From: Diplonema japonicum
Taxonomy: Eukaryota > Protista > Euglenozoa: Diplonemea
NCBI GenBank assembly: GCA_964019335.1
Contig: OZ025686.1
Location: 372,001 to 436,000, forward strand
Direction of reading: 5' to 3'
Length of the DNA stretch: 64,000 nt
Positions 1 to 10,586 of the stretch are shown here, piece by piece. Position 1 is the stretch's first letter. Every line of letters begins with the position of its first letter. Both the position numbers and the translations under genes were made by a program. Under the pieces are notes generated by a model. The model was not told where the DNA came from. It searched no databases and worked only from the letters and a program-made list of their open reading frames with translations.

Positions 1-261
1 AAAGAAGTAATAAAAAAAGGCAAAAACGGAGAGGGAATAAAAAGCAAAAGTAAAAACGGAGTGCCAAAAAAAAAAAAGAAAGGAAAAAAAAAAGTACCTC
101 TCGAATGGGGCCAAATAGAAAGTTTTTTTTTGTTTCGTTGTTTTTTTTTTTTTTTTTTTTTTTTTTTTCCTTCTTTATTTTGGTTCATAAAAAAATAAAA
201 ATAATGCGGAGAGGGGTGGGGGTATGGTAACAACAAGTTAAGAAAAAAAATTTGGGTGTGT

Positions 262-304
<43 letters not shown>

Positions 305-544
305 CTCTTTCGGAATAAAACGAAACGGAGATAAAAAAGTTTTTCAAAAGAATAGGGGAAAAAAAGTAATAAAAGAGTTCAGATCCGCAGACACTTTACG
401 GATCTGAAGCGTTAACCTTTTCCTTATAAAATGCAAAGGGGGGCAGGGTTTAGAGATCAGAGTGGATCTCTATAAATTAAAATGGGTGTTACAAACAAAT
501 CAGGTTAACCTTTTTTTTCTTTTTTTCTTATTCTTCAATCAAAT

Positions 545-1195
545 TCAGTAGTACAGCCTGGGGGAGCCAAGAGCGGCATCAACGTAAGCCCTGCGAACGG
601 AGGCGCTGGCAACAGCGTTGGCGACAGCTGCGTTGGTGGCGACGGCATTGGCAGATGCGACAGCGTTGGCAGAGGCGACGGCATTGGCGGAGGCAACAGC
701 GTTGGCAGTGTGGATGGCGTTCGCGGTGTTGATGGCATTTGCAGTCGCAACGGCGTTGGCGTTGGCCTCGACGGCACGTGCAGTGATAGCAGCCTCAGTC
801 GCGCGGGCGTTGGCGTTGGCAATGGCATTGGCTTCGACGATACGGGCAGAGGTGCTCGCAGCAATGAGGTCGGCTTCGGCAGCCACAGCGATCCTGGATG
901 CCACAGACGCCGTTGACGACCCGTACAGCCCGTAGGGGTAGGCGGCCAGCCTGGGCGACAGAGGAGCGTAGGTGGCGGCCGCTGCCGCGGCCCCCGCCGC
1001 CCTCACCTCCGCCGCGGCCGCTGCCGCGGCCGCCGCGGCCACCCTCGGGCTCGACACAATGGGCGTGTGCACCAAGGGCACCACTGCCCTCGGCGACAAG
1101 GCAACAGCCGTCGCCAACGGTGAGATGGATCCGAGCCTGGGGGACACGGGCACAACAACAGGGCTGCCGGAGATCGAGTCGTACACAACAGACAT
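545..1195 (-). CDS. Ala/Asn/Val-rich low-complexity repeat protein (ANAVAS repeats, SPR motifs)
   Basis: 216 aa ORF; ATG directly after an A-run; GC-rich coding island in AT-rich flanks; same strand as the whole cluster. Confidence 0.75.
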   Translation of the reverse strand: MSVVYDSISGSPVVVPVSPRLGSISPLATAVALSPRAVVPLVHTPIVSSPRVAAAAAAAAAAEVRAAGAAAAAATYAPLSPRLAAYPYGLYGSSTASVASRIAVAAEADLIAASTSARIVEANAIANANARATEAAITARAVEANANAVATANAINTANAIHTANAVASANAVASANAVASANAVATNAAVANAVASASVRRAYVDAALGSPRLYY

Positions 1196-1429
1196 TTTTT
1201 TTTTTTTTTTTTTTTAAATGGAAGAGAAGGAAGCTTTTTTTTGTTGGATGTGGTATTACGATGGAGGGGGGTCTGAAATAATAATAATAATAATAATGAC
1301 AAAAATGTAACAAAACGCTGTGATTGATAACCAGAAGGATGGGGGGTAATAAAAAAAAAAAGCAAAAGAAAAATGGACGGATAAAAGGGGGCGTAAAAAA
1401 AATAATAAATGCATCTTTGCGTGCGTCTC

Positions 1430-4400
1430 TTAGGCTTGGGGGATCGTGACTGCGGACGCAAGGACCTGCTGGACATCCTGAGGCAAGGTGGACGCCACAG
1501 CACGGATGGCGGCAGGGTTCTCCGTCGCGACCTTCTGCAGGGTGCTGGTGAGCTCGACCTAATTTAATTTTCTCGTTTTTTTTTCTTCTTTGCAATACCT
1601 TAATCTCTGGCTGTGTAAATTCATGTGCAAGACCCTTGGCGAGACACTGCAGGATCTGGGGGAGAAGAGGAACAGACACATCGTGCATCGTCTCCAGCAC
1701 GAGCTTCACGGTGGAGTACACATTTTCATTCTCTGTGAAGTCAGCTTTGAGGGGCACATGCGGCAGGATAACTGGCATGGTCTGCAGAAGGAAACACGCA
1801 GCAGGGTTGCACTTGATCATCCTGCACAGTGCCGAGACGGCGTTGTCCACGGCTTCCTTCCGCTCGCCTTCCCTGCCGATGATCTCTCCAAGGAGAGGGA
1901 GGATGGTGGGGTAGAACGGGAAGGCCTCCTGCAGGCCACCCTTGCAAGTCACACCAACGGTGAAACAAGAGTTGGAACGAACCCCGCTGTCTGTCGATTT
2001 CATGCCTTCACAGCAGATTTTGACAAGTGTAGCAACATGACCTGTGATTTTGGTGTCGATGGCAGCAGTGCACTCCCCAAGGGTCCCGATGGCCATGTAG
2101 TGGTCCGACGCTGGGCGGCCTTTAGCAAGGTACTTTGTGATGTGAGGGAGAAGATCATCGAAGATCTGACGGAAGCCCGGGCCGTACGCCTTCGCAAGCT
2201 TGTCGACCATCTCGAAAACGCTGTCGATCAGCAGCTGGTCGTGGTCCTCGGGCATCTCCTCACCCTCCTCGTCCGACTCGTCCACCAGCTGGCACGGCGT
2301 TGATAGGTTCATCAGGCTCTTGATCTCCCCCAGGATCGCGTCGACGTGGTTGTGCACTGCCACGGCCCCTATCTTCTCTGCAATCTCGCTTATCCCGTCA
2401 CACGCCTGCGCCACGACCTCCTTGTTGTCATCGTTCCTTATTATCTGCAGCGCTACCATCAGTGCTTCCTGCACGCTCGCCCTCAACTCCTCGCACAACG
2501 TGTCCTCCGACGGGAGCCCGATCACAACTGGTACGAAATTTTTCTTATGAGTCCACATAGTGAGATACACCTGCAGCATCAATGCGTTCTTTCTGACCAT
2601 CGTGTGGAAGTGCTGCACGAACTCCAGCACCCTGGCGTAGATCTCCACGAAAAATGGCTCGAGGCTCAGGTCGCCTGTCTTTGCGAAGATGCCCAAACAG
2701 TGGAGCGCAGACGCTATGGCAAGGTTCTGCTTGTTGTCCACCCTGGTGACGCCATCGTACTCCTCTGACTCGGTGTCTTCGGGTTCAGAGTCGTCGCTCT
2801 CGTCAGCGATGTTCGTCCCAGGCAGCTGCCCGAACGGGTTCAAGGACGAGACGAGCTCACCTGCTTTCGTGTCCAGTGTGGCACAGAGGTGTGGCATGGT
2901 GACAGCAAGATTCTGCCCCATCTCTTTCGGGTACATCTCAGCCATGTTGGCCCAGAACCCGAATGAGTACTCGTTCAGTTCCGGCGCCTCGAGGGCCAGA
3001 CCCTCCGCCACCAGTTGCATCACGCTGGCGAGGTGATGGTTGAAGTGTTCCGCACCTGCAGCAGATGCCACCACACCAATGGTGTCCGTTGCCCTCGCAC
3101 GCAGCATGATAACCTCATCCTTCGTCTCCCTCAGGATAGGGATCAGTATCTTGAAGGTCTCCTCCGCGAAAGGAGCAAACTTTGTGCCCAACGCCTGGGC
3201 GACAGACGAAACAGCTGACACTGCTACGCATTGCGCCATCATGCCGTCGGGGCCGACGTTCGTGGTGATAATGGCAGCAAGCTTGATCATCAGCTGCTGG
3301 GCATAAGGAAGGACCTCGTCCTCAAGGTTCTCAGCAAAAGAGTCTACGAGGAGGGCTGCCTTCTCTCTAACATAGGGGTTGGCGTCGGAGAGGAGGTCAG
3401 TGGCAAGGGGAAGCAGCACCTCGTGGTAGTTGAGAATCTCCGGCTGCAGGTAATCGGTCAGCATCGATGAGGACACCAGAGCGGCCTCCTTCACCATGGG
3501 GTTGGGGTCACAGACGCATTGCTTCGTCAGATCAACAACGAACTCAATCTTCTCCCTCAACAAATCCCTGCACCCGCAGGAGAGAGCACCCAGCGCCAGA
3601 ATGCTGGCCTTCTTCATGAAAGGGTCGGCCGTGGCAACATCTACCACTTGCTGCTTGATCCACCCAAGCATGGGGGGTGCAATTAACCTCGAGGGCAGCC
3701 CCGTTGCCATTGCGTCCAACAGGTGCGAACCGATGCCCACATGCGACATGACGTCCTCATCAGGCTCCAAAGAGCACACAGTGCACGCACGGTCGCCGAG
3801 CAGGCTCATCGCAACCTGGCAGATGGGCTCGACGAAGTTGCCCTTGGTGATAGTTTTAGGGCGCATGTATGCTACCTTTGCTAATATGTCGCATGCCTTC
3901 TCGCGGTATTTGAGGTTTGTAGTTGTTCCGCTGCCGATGTGAATGCTGAACTGGATGATCTGTGTGAGGGTGTCGTTCTTTCCCTTAAAGGAAGGTGTCT
4001 CGAGAAGGTCGTCGAGGAGGTCAAAAGCTGTGGTGAAGAGCTCTTCGTCGTCGGAGGAGATGGAAGCTTGGAGGACCTGGAACATCGATGGGAGGAGCTG
4101 TGTGATGACGCTCGGGTCGAGGTCGATGACGAGGAGGAAGGCACTGGCAGCTTTGAGCGTTCGGACTCGGATGGACTGCTCGGAGTCGGCGAGGCCTTGC
4201 ATGAGGAACTGCGAGATAACCCCTGCCTGGGAACCAAGCTGGGCGGACATGGTTTCACTGCATGCGTGGAGAATGAGGATCACAAGTTCTCTCATCGCTG
4301 CTTCGGGTGACTGCGAGTTGGTCTTCAAGAACTCAAACAGTTCAGGCCAAGTCCCGCTTGCAACCTCCGCCTTCGCCAGCATTGCAATGCAGTGAGCAAT

Positions 4401-4697
4401 GCCCAGCTTTACCACCCTGATCGGCTCCATGGCCGCACACTTCAGCAGCGTCTGCTTCATCTCCGTCTTCGTCGCCTGGTTAAGCTTCCTCCAGTGTCCG
4501 ACTATCTTCTTCCTCAACAATATCGACGCCAGCTGCCTCACACCCGGGTTCTGACTATGGCTCAACTGCGCCACCAACAACGGAACACAATCCTTTTTCT
4601 TCATGAGCTGCGTCGCAGCCGCCTCGCCTGCCTTTCTCTCCTCGTTTACATGCGACCCGCATGCCGCCAGTAGCTGCTCAACCTCTTGAGGCTGCAT
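1430..4697 (-). CDS. IPO4: Importin-4 / karyopherin beta family (HEAT repeats); 2 exons (4697-1599, 1558-1430)
   Basis: Importin-beta N-terminal motif VRQLASILLRKKI..HW, HEAT repeats, DNAVSALCRMI. A 40-nt GTATTG...TTAG intron (1559-1598) restores a clean C-terminus ...VTIPQA*. Confidence 0.85.
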
Positions 4698-4928
4698 TCT
4701 GATGTGTACCCCACTGTATGGCGATACGATAGGTTATTCACGAAATGTTTCAAAATTTATTTATTTTATTTTATTTTATTTATTTTTTTTTTTTTTTTTT
4801 GTTAAAACAAAAGAATCGATCAGATGAGTTACCATTCTGTTCACAGAAAAAGAAGGGAAAAAAAAATCATTTGCGTCCCCATAATAAAACGGGCGAGTCA
4901 AGCGGCACCCACCTTGCAAGGAGGGGGG

Positions 4929-7616
4929 TCATGAGGCACAGAGGATTGTGCTATCACCAATAAGTCCTGACGCAGTACTGCGTTCCGAAAGGTGAATAGC
5001 CAAAAAGTTAAACACGTAGGCCGGCAATCCGGCGGTGGGCAAGGCGTGGGCAAGGATGAGGTTCTGAGGTACAGGATAGTTGGGAGTAATAAGTTCCTCG
5101 GAAATGAGAACAACAGAAAAAGCGGCTAAGTTGCAGTGGCAACGGTGCAGAGTTGAAAGAAGCTCTTCCGAAAGCGAGAAGCGTTCAGCTTTGCAAAACA
5201 GGAAGACGTGATCCGTGGGACTTGCCAGGTACCTCGAAGGGAAGGTGCTGTTCCCGATGAACTCGTCGAGCCCAGTGTCTTTCCCCACGCACTGCGCTTC
5301 GTTCGAAGAGAACGGCATTAGTGCGGCAGAGATGGCTTCTTGAAAAGCTACGTCATCACACAGCACCAGCGGCACAACTCTGACACCCTTTTTCAGCACC
5401 TCTCCCAAAGGTAGTGGAGGGGCCAGCGGTGTCAGTGTCAAGGCACACTTCTTGCAGCAAGACAGCCGCCCATCCTGATCCTTTGTGCACAACGTTTCGC
5501 CTGATTCAGAAGCGATGCGTATGTCACAGTCCTCTTGCTCCAGCGCTATGGTTATAGGGTTCCAACCATTGTGTCGCGTGAGGAAGGCTGTCCATTCACT
5601 GCCCGGGAATTGCCATCCCTTCACCGCCACGGTATTCGTGTCCTCCCTAACTTCCACATCTGTTTCGGAGTACCCAAATTCAGCAATATCTTCACCGTTT
5701 TCTGTGCTGATGTGTATTGTGGTGGTGGTTGCCTGCACCCCGCACCTTATGGGTTCTCCTCCCGGAGGTGTCGCTTCGCAAAGACTGCTCTTTACAACTC
5801 GTACCGCTTGCGACACACTTAAAAGCCTGTCGCCCTTCGCAGCCTCGATCCTTGCGTGCCTTGTAATGTGTGCAGTGCACCCCGCACCGCGGACTAACAT
5901 CACAACGTACTTGTATAAAGGTGCCATCTTGATCTTGAGGGAGATAGGCCCTGTCTGAATGGAGGGTGATGTCAGCAGGGGTGTGTTTGTAATGGCTGTG
6001 GTGCCCTCGCCTGAGACGGTGAATTCCACGCCGCTCATGGAATTGAAGTCGAGCAGCACACGCGGTATCTGGCACGGAAGGGGCACGGACACAGCAATGT
6101 TCTGGCTGCCCTGCTTAAGGCTGACCGTCTGGTGTCCTGGAATGTTGTTATCAACGTCTAAAATGTTCGCAAGCTCGCGAAGCTGCGCGAGGACCCGTCT
6201 GCGTCCCTTCTGCGGGAGGCTGATACCCTTCTTGATGTCAGGGAACAAGATGTAGTCACGCGTGTCTTCATCCAGAAGCGCGGCACGGAAAGGTGGGCGA
6301 GGTTCTCCATTAACAGAATAGATCATGGTGCTGGGATACGGCCCCTTACGCACTGTGATCTGGTCCCCGTCTGTGTCTTTGAAATGGATCTCTGACGGTG
6401 TGATAGGTTCCAGTGTAAGTTCTACAACGAGACCAGCAGGGTATTTCTTGTTGCTGGTGTCTTTGTGCGCCTGGTCGAGCTGGTCCTTGGAGAACACAAT
6501 GGTTTTCTTGTCCTCGTTGCCCATCACCGTCTGCTGCAGCATGCTGACGTTGAAGCAGAATCTGAACAGGCTTTCATCGGCGCTGATCATCTTCGCGTCC
6601 CTAAACTCTATTTTTATATCGCCCTCGATGACGACGCCCCTGTCGTCCATCCCGTACCTGCGAGACTGCAGCGTTGTATCCCAGCTGGTCTTCGAAGGGG
6701 CGGGGGTCCAGATTTTTTTTGAATTGTATATGGTGGTGGTTCCTTTGCCTGCAACGTTGCCTGTGCGGATCTTGAAAAAGGGCGATCGCACGGTGCCCGG
6801 GTTAGATAAATTACGTACTTGGACATGAGTGATTTTCAGAGTGTGCGATGCTTTTGGCTGCACACCGTGAAGCGATTTGTTCCAGTAATCGATATATCGT
6901 TTCTGCGAAGGAATGGTGACGCCGTTCCCGTCCGAAGTACGGGTATCGCCGAACTTCAGCAACGCTTCGTGTGGGGTGGGGTACAAGTTGGGGTGGAGCT
7001 TCAGGAGGAGGCAGCAGATCATCATTCCGGTTCTGCTTTTCCCGGCTTTACAGTGAATCGCAACTACGTTCTCCGAATGCTGTGCAAGATGTTTTGTCGC
7101 GTCCTCTATGAACGCAGGGATCAGCGCCAAGGGCATCGGCGGGTGATGATCATCGAAAGGAAACGCTGACCAACTCCCTCCAAACCTGGTTTTATTGTCA
7201 TATTCCCGTTCAGAACAGAGATTGTACACCTTGTACCTTCCTTTATGACGCGAACCGAGGAAACCCTCAACCTGGTCAATAGGATTTCTGTAGAAGGACT
7301 CTGCACCGTAGGACGGGAAACCCATTGCAATGATCTTTGGGGTGATGTAGGTTAGATCTAGATCGACGTCGTCGTCTTTCCACCGCACCTTCTGCTGGCT
7401 GACCATCTCGCGGACCATGCCTGCTCCAGGTGTGTTGCCGGGGATCGACGGTACCAGCTTTGCGATCATAGTTACTGGTGCAGTTATCGTTTCCATTAGT
7501 GAACTGGTGCTGCTCGTTGTCTTCTCTGCCACTTCGATGGTTTCGAACATCACCTCCTCGTCGCCGCTTTCAACCTCATCCTTCAGCTCCACAGATAGAT
7601 CAACACAACACGCCAT
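4929..7616 (-). CDS. PTEN/TPTE-like phosphoinositide phosphatase with C2 domain and long C-terminal extension
   Basis: DLDLTYIT, YKVYNLCSER, PFDDH, HCKAGKSRTG catalytic loop, GVTIPSQKRY, GDIKIEF. Confidence 0.92.
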   Translation of the reverse strand: MACCVDLSVELKDEVESGDEEVMFETIEVAEKTTSSTSSLMETITAPVTMIAKLVPSIPGNTPGAGMVREMVSQQKVRWKDDDVDLDLTYITPKIIAMGFPSYGAESFYRNPIDQVEGFLGSRHKGRYKVYNLCSEREYDNKTRFGGSWSAFPFDDHHPPMPLALIPAFIEDATKHLAQHSENVVAIHCKAGKSRTGMMICCLLLKLHPNLYPTPHEALLKFGDTRTSDGNGVTIPSQKRYIDYWNKSLHGVQPKASHTLKITHVQVRNLSNPGTVRSPFFKIRTGNVAGKGTTTIYNSKKIWTPAPSKTSWDTTLQSRRYGMDDRGVVIEGDIKIEFRDAKMISADESLFRFCFNVSMLQQTVMGNEDKKTIVFSKDQLDQAHKDTSNKKYPAGLVVELTLEPITPSEIHFKDTDGDQITVRKGPYPSTMIYSVNGEPRPPFRAALLDEDTRDYILFPDIKKGISLPQKGRRRVLAQLRELANILDVDNNIPGHQTVSLKQGSQNIAVSVPLPCQIPRVLLDFNSMSGVEFTVSGEGTTAITNTPLLTSPSIQTGPISLKIKMAPLYKYVVMLVRGAGCTAHITRHARIEAAKGDRLLSVSQAVRVVKSSLCEATPPGGEPIRCGVQATTTTIHISTENGEDIAEFGYSETDVEVREDTNTVAVKGWQFPGSEWTAFLTRHNGWNPITIALEQEDCDIRIASESGETLCTKDQDGRLSCCKKCALTLTPLAPPLPLGEVLKKGVRVVPLVLCDDVAFQEAISAALMPFSSNEAQCVGKDTGLDEFIGNSTFPSRYLASPTDHVFLFCKAERFSLSEELLSTLHRCHCNLAAFSVVLISEELITPNYPVPQNLILAHALPTAGLPAYVFNFLAIHLSERSTASGLIGDSTILCAS

Positions 7617-7677
7617 GGGTTATTTATTTGTTGTCGTTGTTTTTTCTTTATCAGTTCTTTGGTTTCGGGGGGGTATC

Positions 7678-7717
<40 letters not shown>

Positions 7718-7772
7718 TGGTAGGTTAAATTTAGTCAGTCCGTGACATTTAGTACTCTTTCTTCCGTGTTCT

Positions 7773-7810
<38 letters not shown>

Positions 7811-7976
7811 GTTCGGGGACGCCAGACGGAGGCTTACAAGTATGGGTAAAGATGGAGGAAAAAAAAAGTGTAACAAAAAAGAAGAGGGGGGGATGCAAGA
7901 GTGGTAGAAACGAGGATAGAAGAGGGTTCCTTTTTTATTTCTTCTTTTTTTTTCTTTGACCATCTCTTTATTATTC

Positions 7977-8815
7977 TTATAACCGCACGTCTTTCTGGGA
8001 CGAAATCTGTGTTTTGTACTGTCTCATGGCAGTCAAGGACGACGATGGGAGGCCGAAGGGCACCGTGATACCCTTAGCTGCAGCTATCACTTGGATGCTT
8101 CCTTTTTTTTTTTTTTTTTTTCTTCTTTTTTTTTTTATTCTCTTGGTTGCATACCGAGAAGCTCGTCCTTTTCACGTCTGACAGCAAGCTCCTCACGCCT
8201 TTCCTTGGAGAGGTTCTGGTGGCCTTGCTCAGCTCTTGCGATGGCTGCTTGTGCGGCTGCCGACAACGTCGCAGGGGGGGAGACCGGTTCTGGGGTTACC
8301 TCAGGGTCCATTTCTACATCTTTTGCCTCTTCTACTTCTTCTAGTTGTTCTTTCTTTGAAGGCGCCGCTCCCTTTCTCTTCTCAGGTTCGGCTCTTGCTT
8401 GAGGAACACTTGTTTGGCCGCCCTGAGCAGCATATGCCTCTGCTCGAAGGCGTCTGATGTCGTTAAGGTCTGATGCTTGTGAGGACATTTTCGACTGCTG
8501 AGCACTGTATCCTCCTCGCGGTGCTGGCTTCACGGTGCCCAAACCTGTCCTGGTAGCTGGTTGTCGTGTCTTTGGTTGAAGCCTTGCTTCAGCTGCTCTT
8601 GCCCTCTTCTCCCGTTCTTCTGCGAGTTTTGCTTCATCAATCACGACAGGCTCGGGTTCGGGTTCTTGTGGTTTCTCTTTTTCCTTCTCCTTTTCCTTCT
8701 CTTCCCCGACTTTAGTCCTGTCCAATTCGCCTAGTTGCCTCAGTATCTCTTCTTCGCTGTTCTGCGGCGTTTTTTGCTCTTCACTTTTCTTCTTCTTGTT
8801 CTTGTTCTTCCCCAT
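7977..8815 (-). CDS. Hypothetical protein with VIM-like motif; 2 exons (intron 8102-8154)
   Basis: Starts MGKNKNKK at 8815. A GTATGC...A18-G intron joins an in-frame final exon GSIQVIAAAKGITVPFGLPSSS...RL*. Confidence 0.7.
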
Positions 8816-9298
8816 TTTCTTTTTTTTTTTTTTTTTTTTTTTGTACAAACAGTATTCCTGGGGTTGTGTCCTTCGTTGTCATTTTTCTTTTTTTTTGCTC
8901 CATGGTGGTTATTGTCACGGGGCTTTCTTTTTTTTTTCCCCCCCTTTTGCATTGTGTTCTTGCGCTGCTAAGGAAAACTCCCGGGGTGGAAAGGGGTGGA
9001 AATTTTCCTTTGGGGCGGGGCGGGGTCTTTTCTTCTGTCCGGAAAAAAAAAAAAAGAACTTTCCCAAAGAAAACCAATAAACATAATTGTGTGATGACTG
9101 GTGGGAAGGGGATAACTGAAAAGGGCGGTTGTTTCATGTGGGTTTTCTCTTTCTTTTTTCCCTCCCTCCAAACGCGAGTGTATTGTGCACACTCTCTTTT
9201 TACCCTTCCTTTCGTTGATCGGTTAGAAGAAGAGAATATAAAAAAAAAAGGGTCCGAAATTCGAGAATAAAAAAAAAAAAAAAACTGACACAATAGTC

Positions 9299-9876
9299 TT
9301 AACGGTAGGACTTGGCGTACCTGGACCTGGCACCAGAACCACCGAATTTCTTCATCTCGGTGCGGCGAGGGTCGGCAATAAGGAGGGTACGGTCGTGGGC
9401 CATGTAAGTGTCCTTGATGGCCTGCTTGGTCTGAGGGGTATTTTTTTTTTTTTTCTTTTTTTTTTTTCGTAATCCATACCGGCTCGTCCACGAATTTCTG
9501 GTAGTAAGAGATGAGAGCCTTCGACATCGCCTGACGCAGGGCGAAAATTTGGCTGGTGTGACCTCCACCCCTCACCCTCAGCCTCATGTCAAGACCCCTG
9601 AACTTATCTGTTAGATTTAATAGTAAAAACAAAACAAAAAAAGAATTCACATACCTTTCCCAGCCAGCAGGATGGGCTCCTGAAGCTTGAGACGAAGCCC
9701 CTCAGGTTTCACGTTGTTAAGAGGAATACCGTTAACACGGATCAAACCCTTGCCTTGTGTTTGCTTGCTTTCCCTCCCCCGCTTTCCATACCCTTCTGGC
9801 AGGTCACCACAGCAATAGCATGCTTCTTCTTACCGTAAGTCTGCACCTTCTGAACGGGGGCCTTTGATTCCGACAT
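9299..9876 (-). CDS. RPS16: 40S ribosomal protein S16 (uS9); 4 exons
   Basis: Spliced product [65 protein letters not shown]. Introns 9754-9791, 9608-9654 and 9431-9479, all GTATG..AG. Confidence 0.97.
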
Positions 9877-10023
9877 CTCTTATGCTATAATAACACTGGA
9901 CAAAGATGGTACTCAGACAAGACAATGTGACCAATAAGATAGATGTGTTAAAAAAGAAAAAAGCAATACGGTTTAGGAATTATGTTTAAGAAAAAGATAA
10001 TGTCTATGGGGGGGGGGTTAAAT

Positions 10024-10419
10024 TTACTGAATATCGTTGGGAACAACGAGTCTTTTCTCCTTGCAGAGATGTTTTAATGCGCTCAACTCCTCCTCCACGG
10101 CTGCGCGGCCAAGACGTTCCTCGAGAAGCGCTTTTTCTAGAATGACAAGACGGTCTTTGAAATCTCTCTCTTTCTGTCGCAAAGGAGATGGAACCGAACT
10201 AGGTGTAGTGCTGCTGCTCCCCACGCTCGGAGCACTGCTCCCAACCGTTACTCTCTGCTCGTAGCCTTCATGCGTGATCGGGTTCCTTCGCACCGTAGCT
10301 CTCCCGTCTCCTTTGTGGAAGTTCATTGTATTTTTCCACTCCTTGCAAATCCGCTGGCTCCATGCCTTCGACCCATAGGGGTCAGAGGCTTCCGACATGG
10401 TTTTGCCTTCCCTTTTCAT
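10024..10419 (-). CDS. Hypothetical protein with C-terminal coiled coil
   Basis: ORF of ~130 aa with coding-like composition, co-oriented with the cluster. Confidence 0.65.
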   Translation of the reverse strand: MKREGKTMSEASDPYGSKAWSQRICKEWKNTMNFHKGDGRATVRRNPITHEGYEQRVTVGSSAPSVGSSSTTPSSVPSPLRQKERDFKDRLVILEKALLEERLGRAAVEEELSALKHLCKEKRLVVPNDIQ

Positions 10420-10586
10420 TGAGGGGATAGTAACATCAACATTGGAACGAAACAAAACAGAAAAAGTGGGGGGGGAGTGGAGAATAATGGGAAAACAAAA
10501 ATAAAAAGTAAAAATAAAGGGGGGGTAGAGGGTAACAACATATTATCTACAAAACAGGTGGAACAAAAGAAAAAAAAGGGGGTTTT

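Noticed and set aside
795-1429. C-terminal ~270 aa of the 1300-aa importin ORF
   Set aside because: Artefact of reading through a 40-nt intron; the spliced gene stops at 1430
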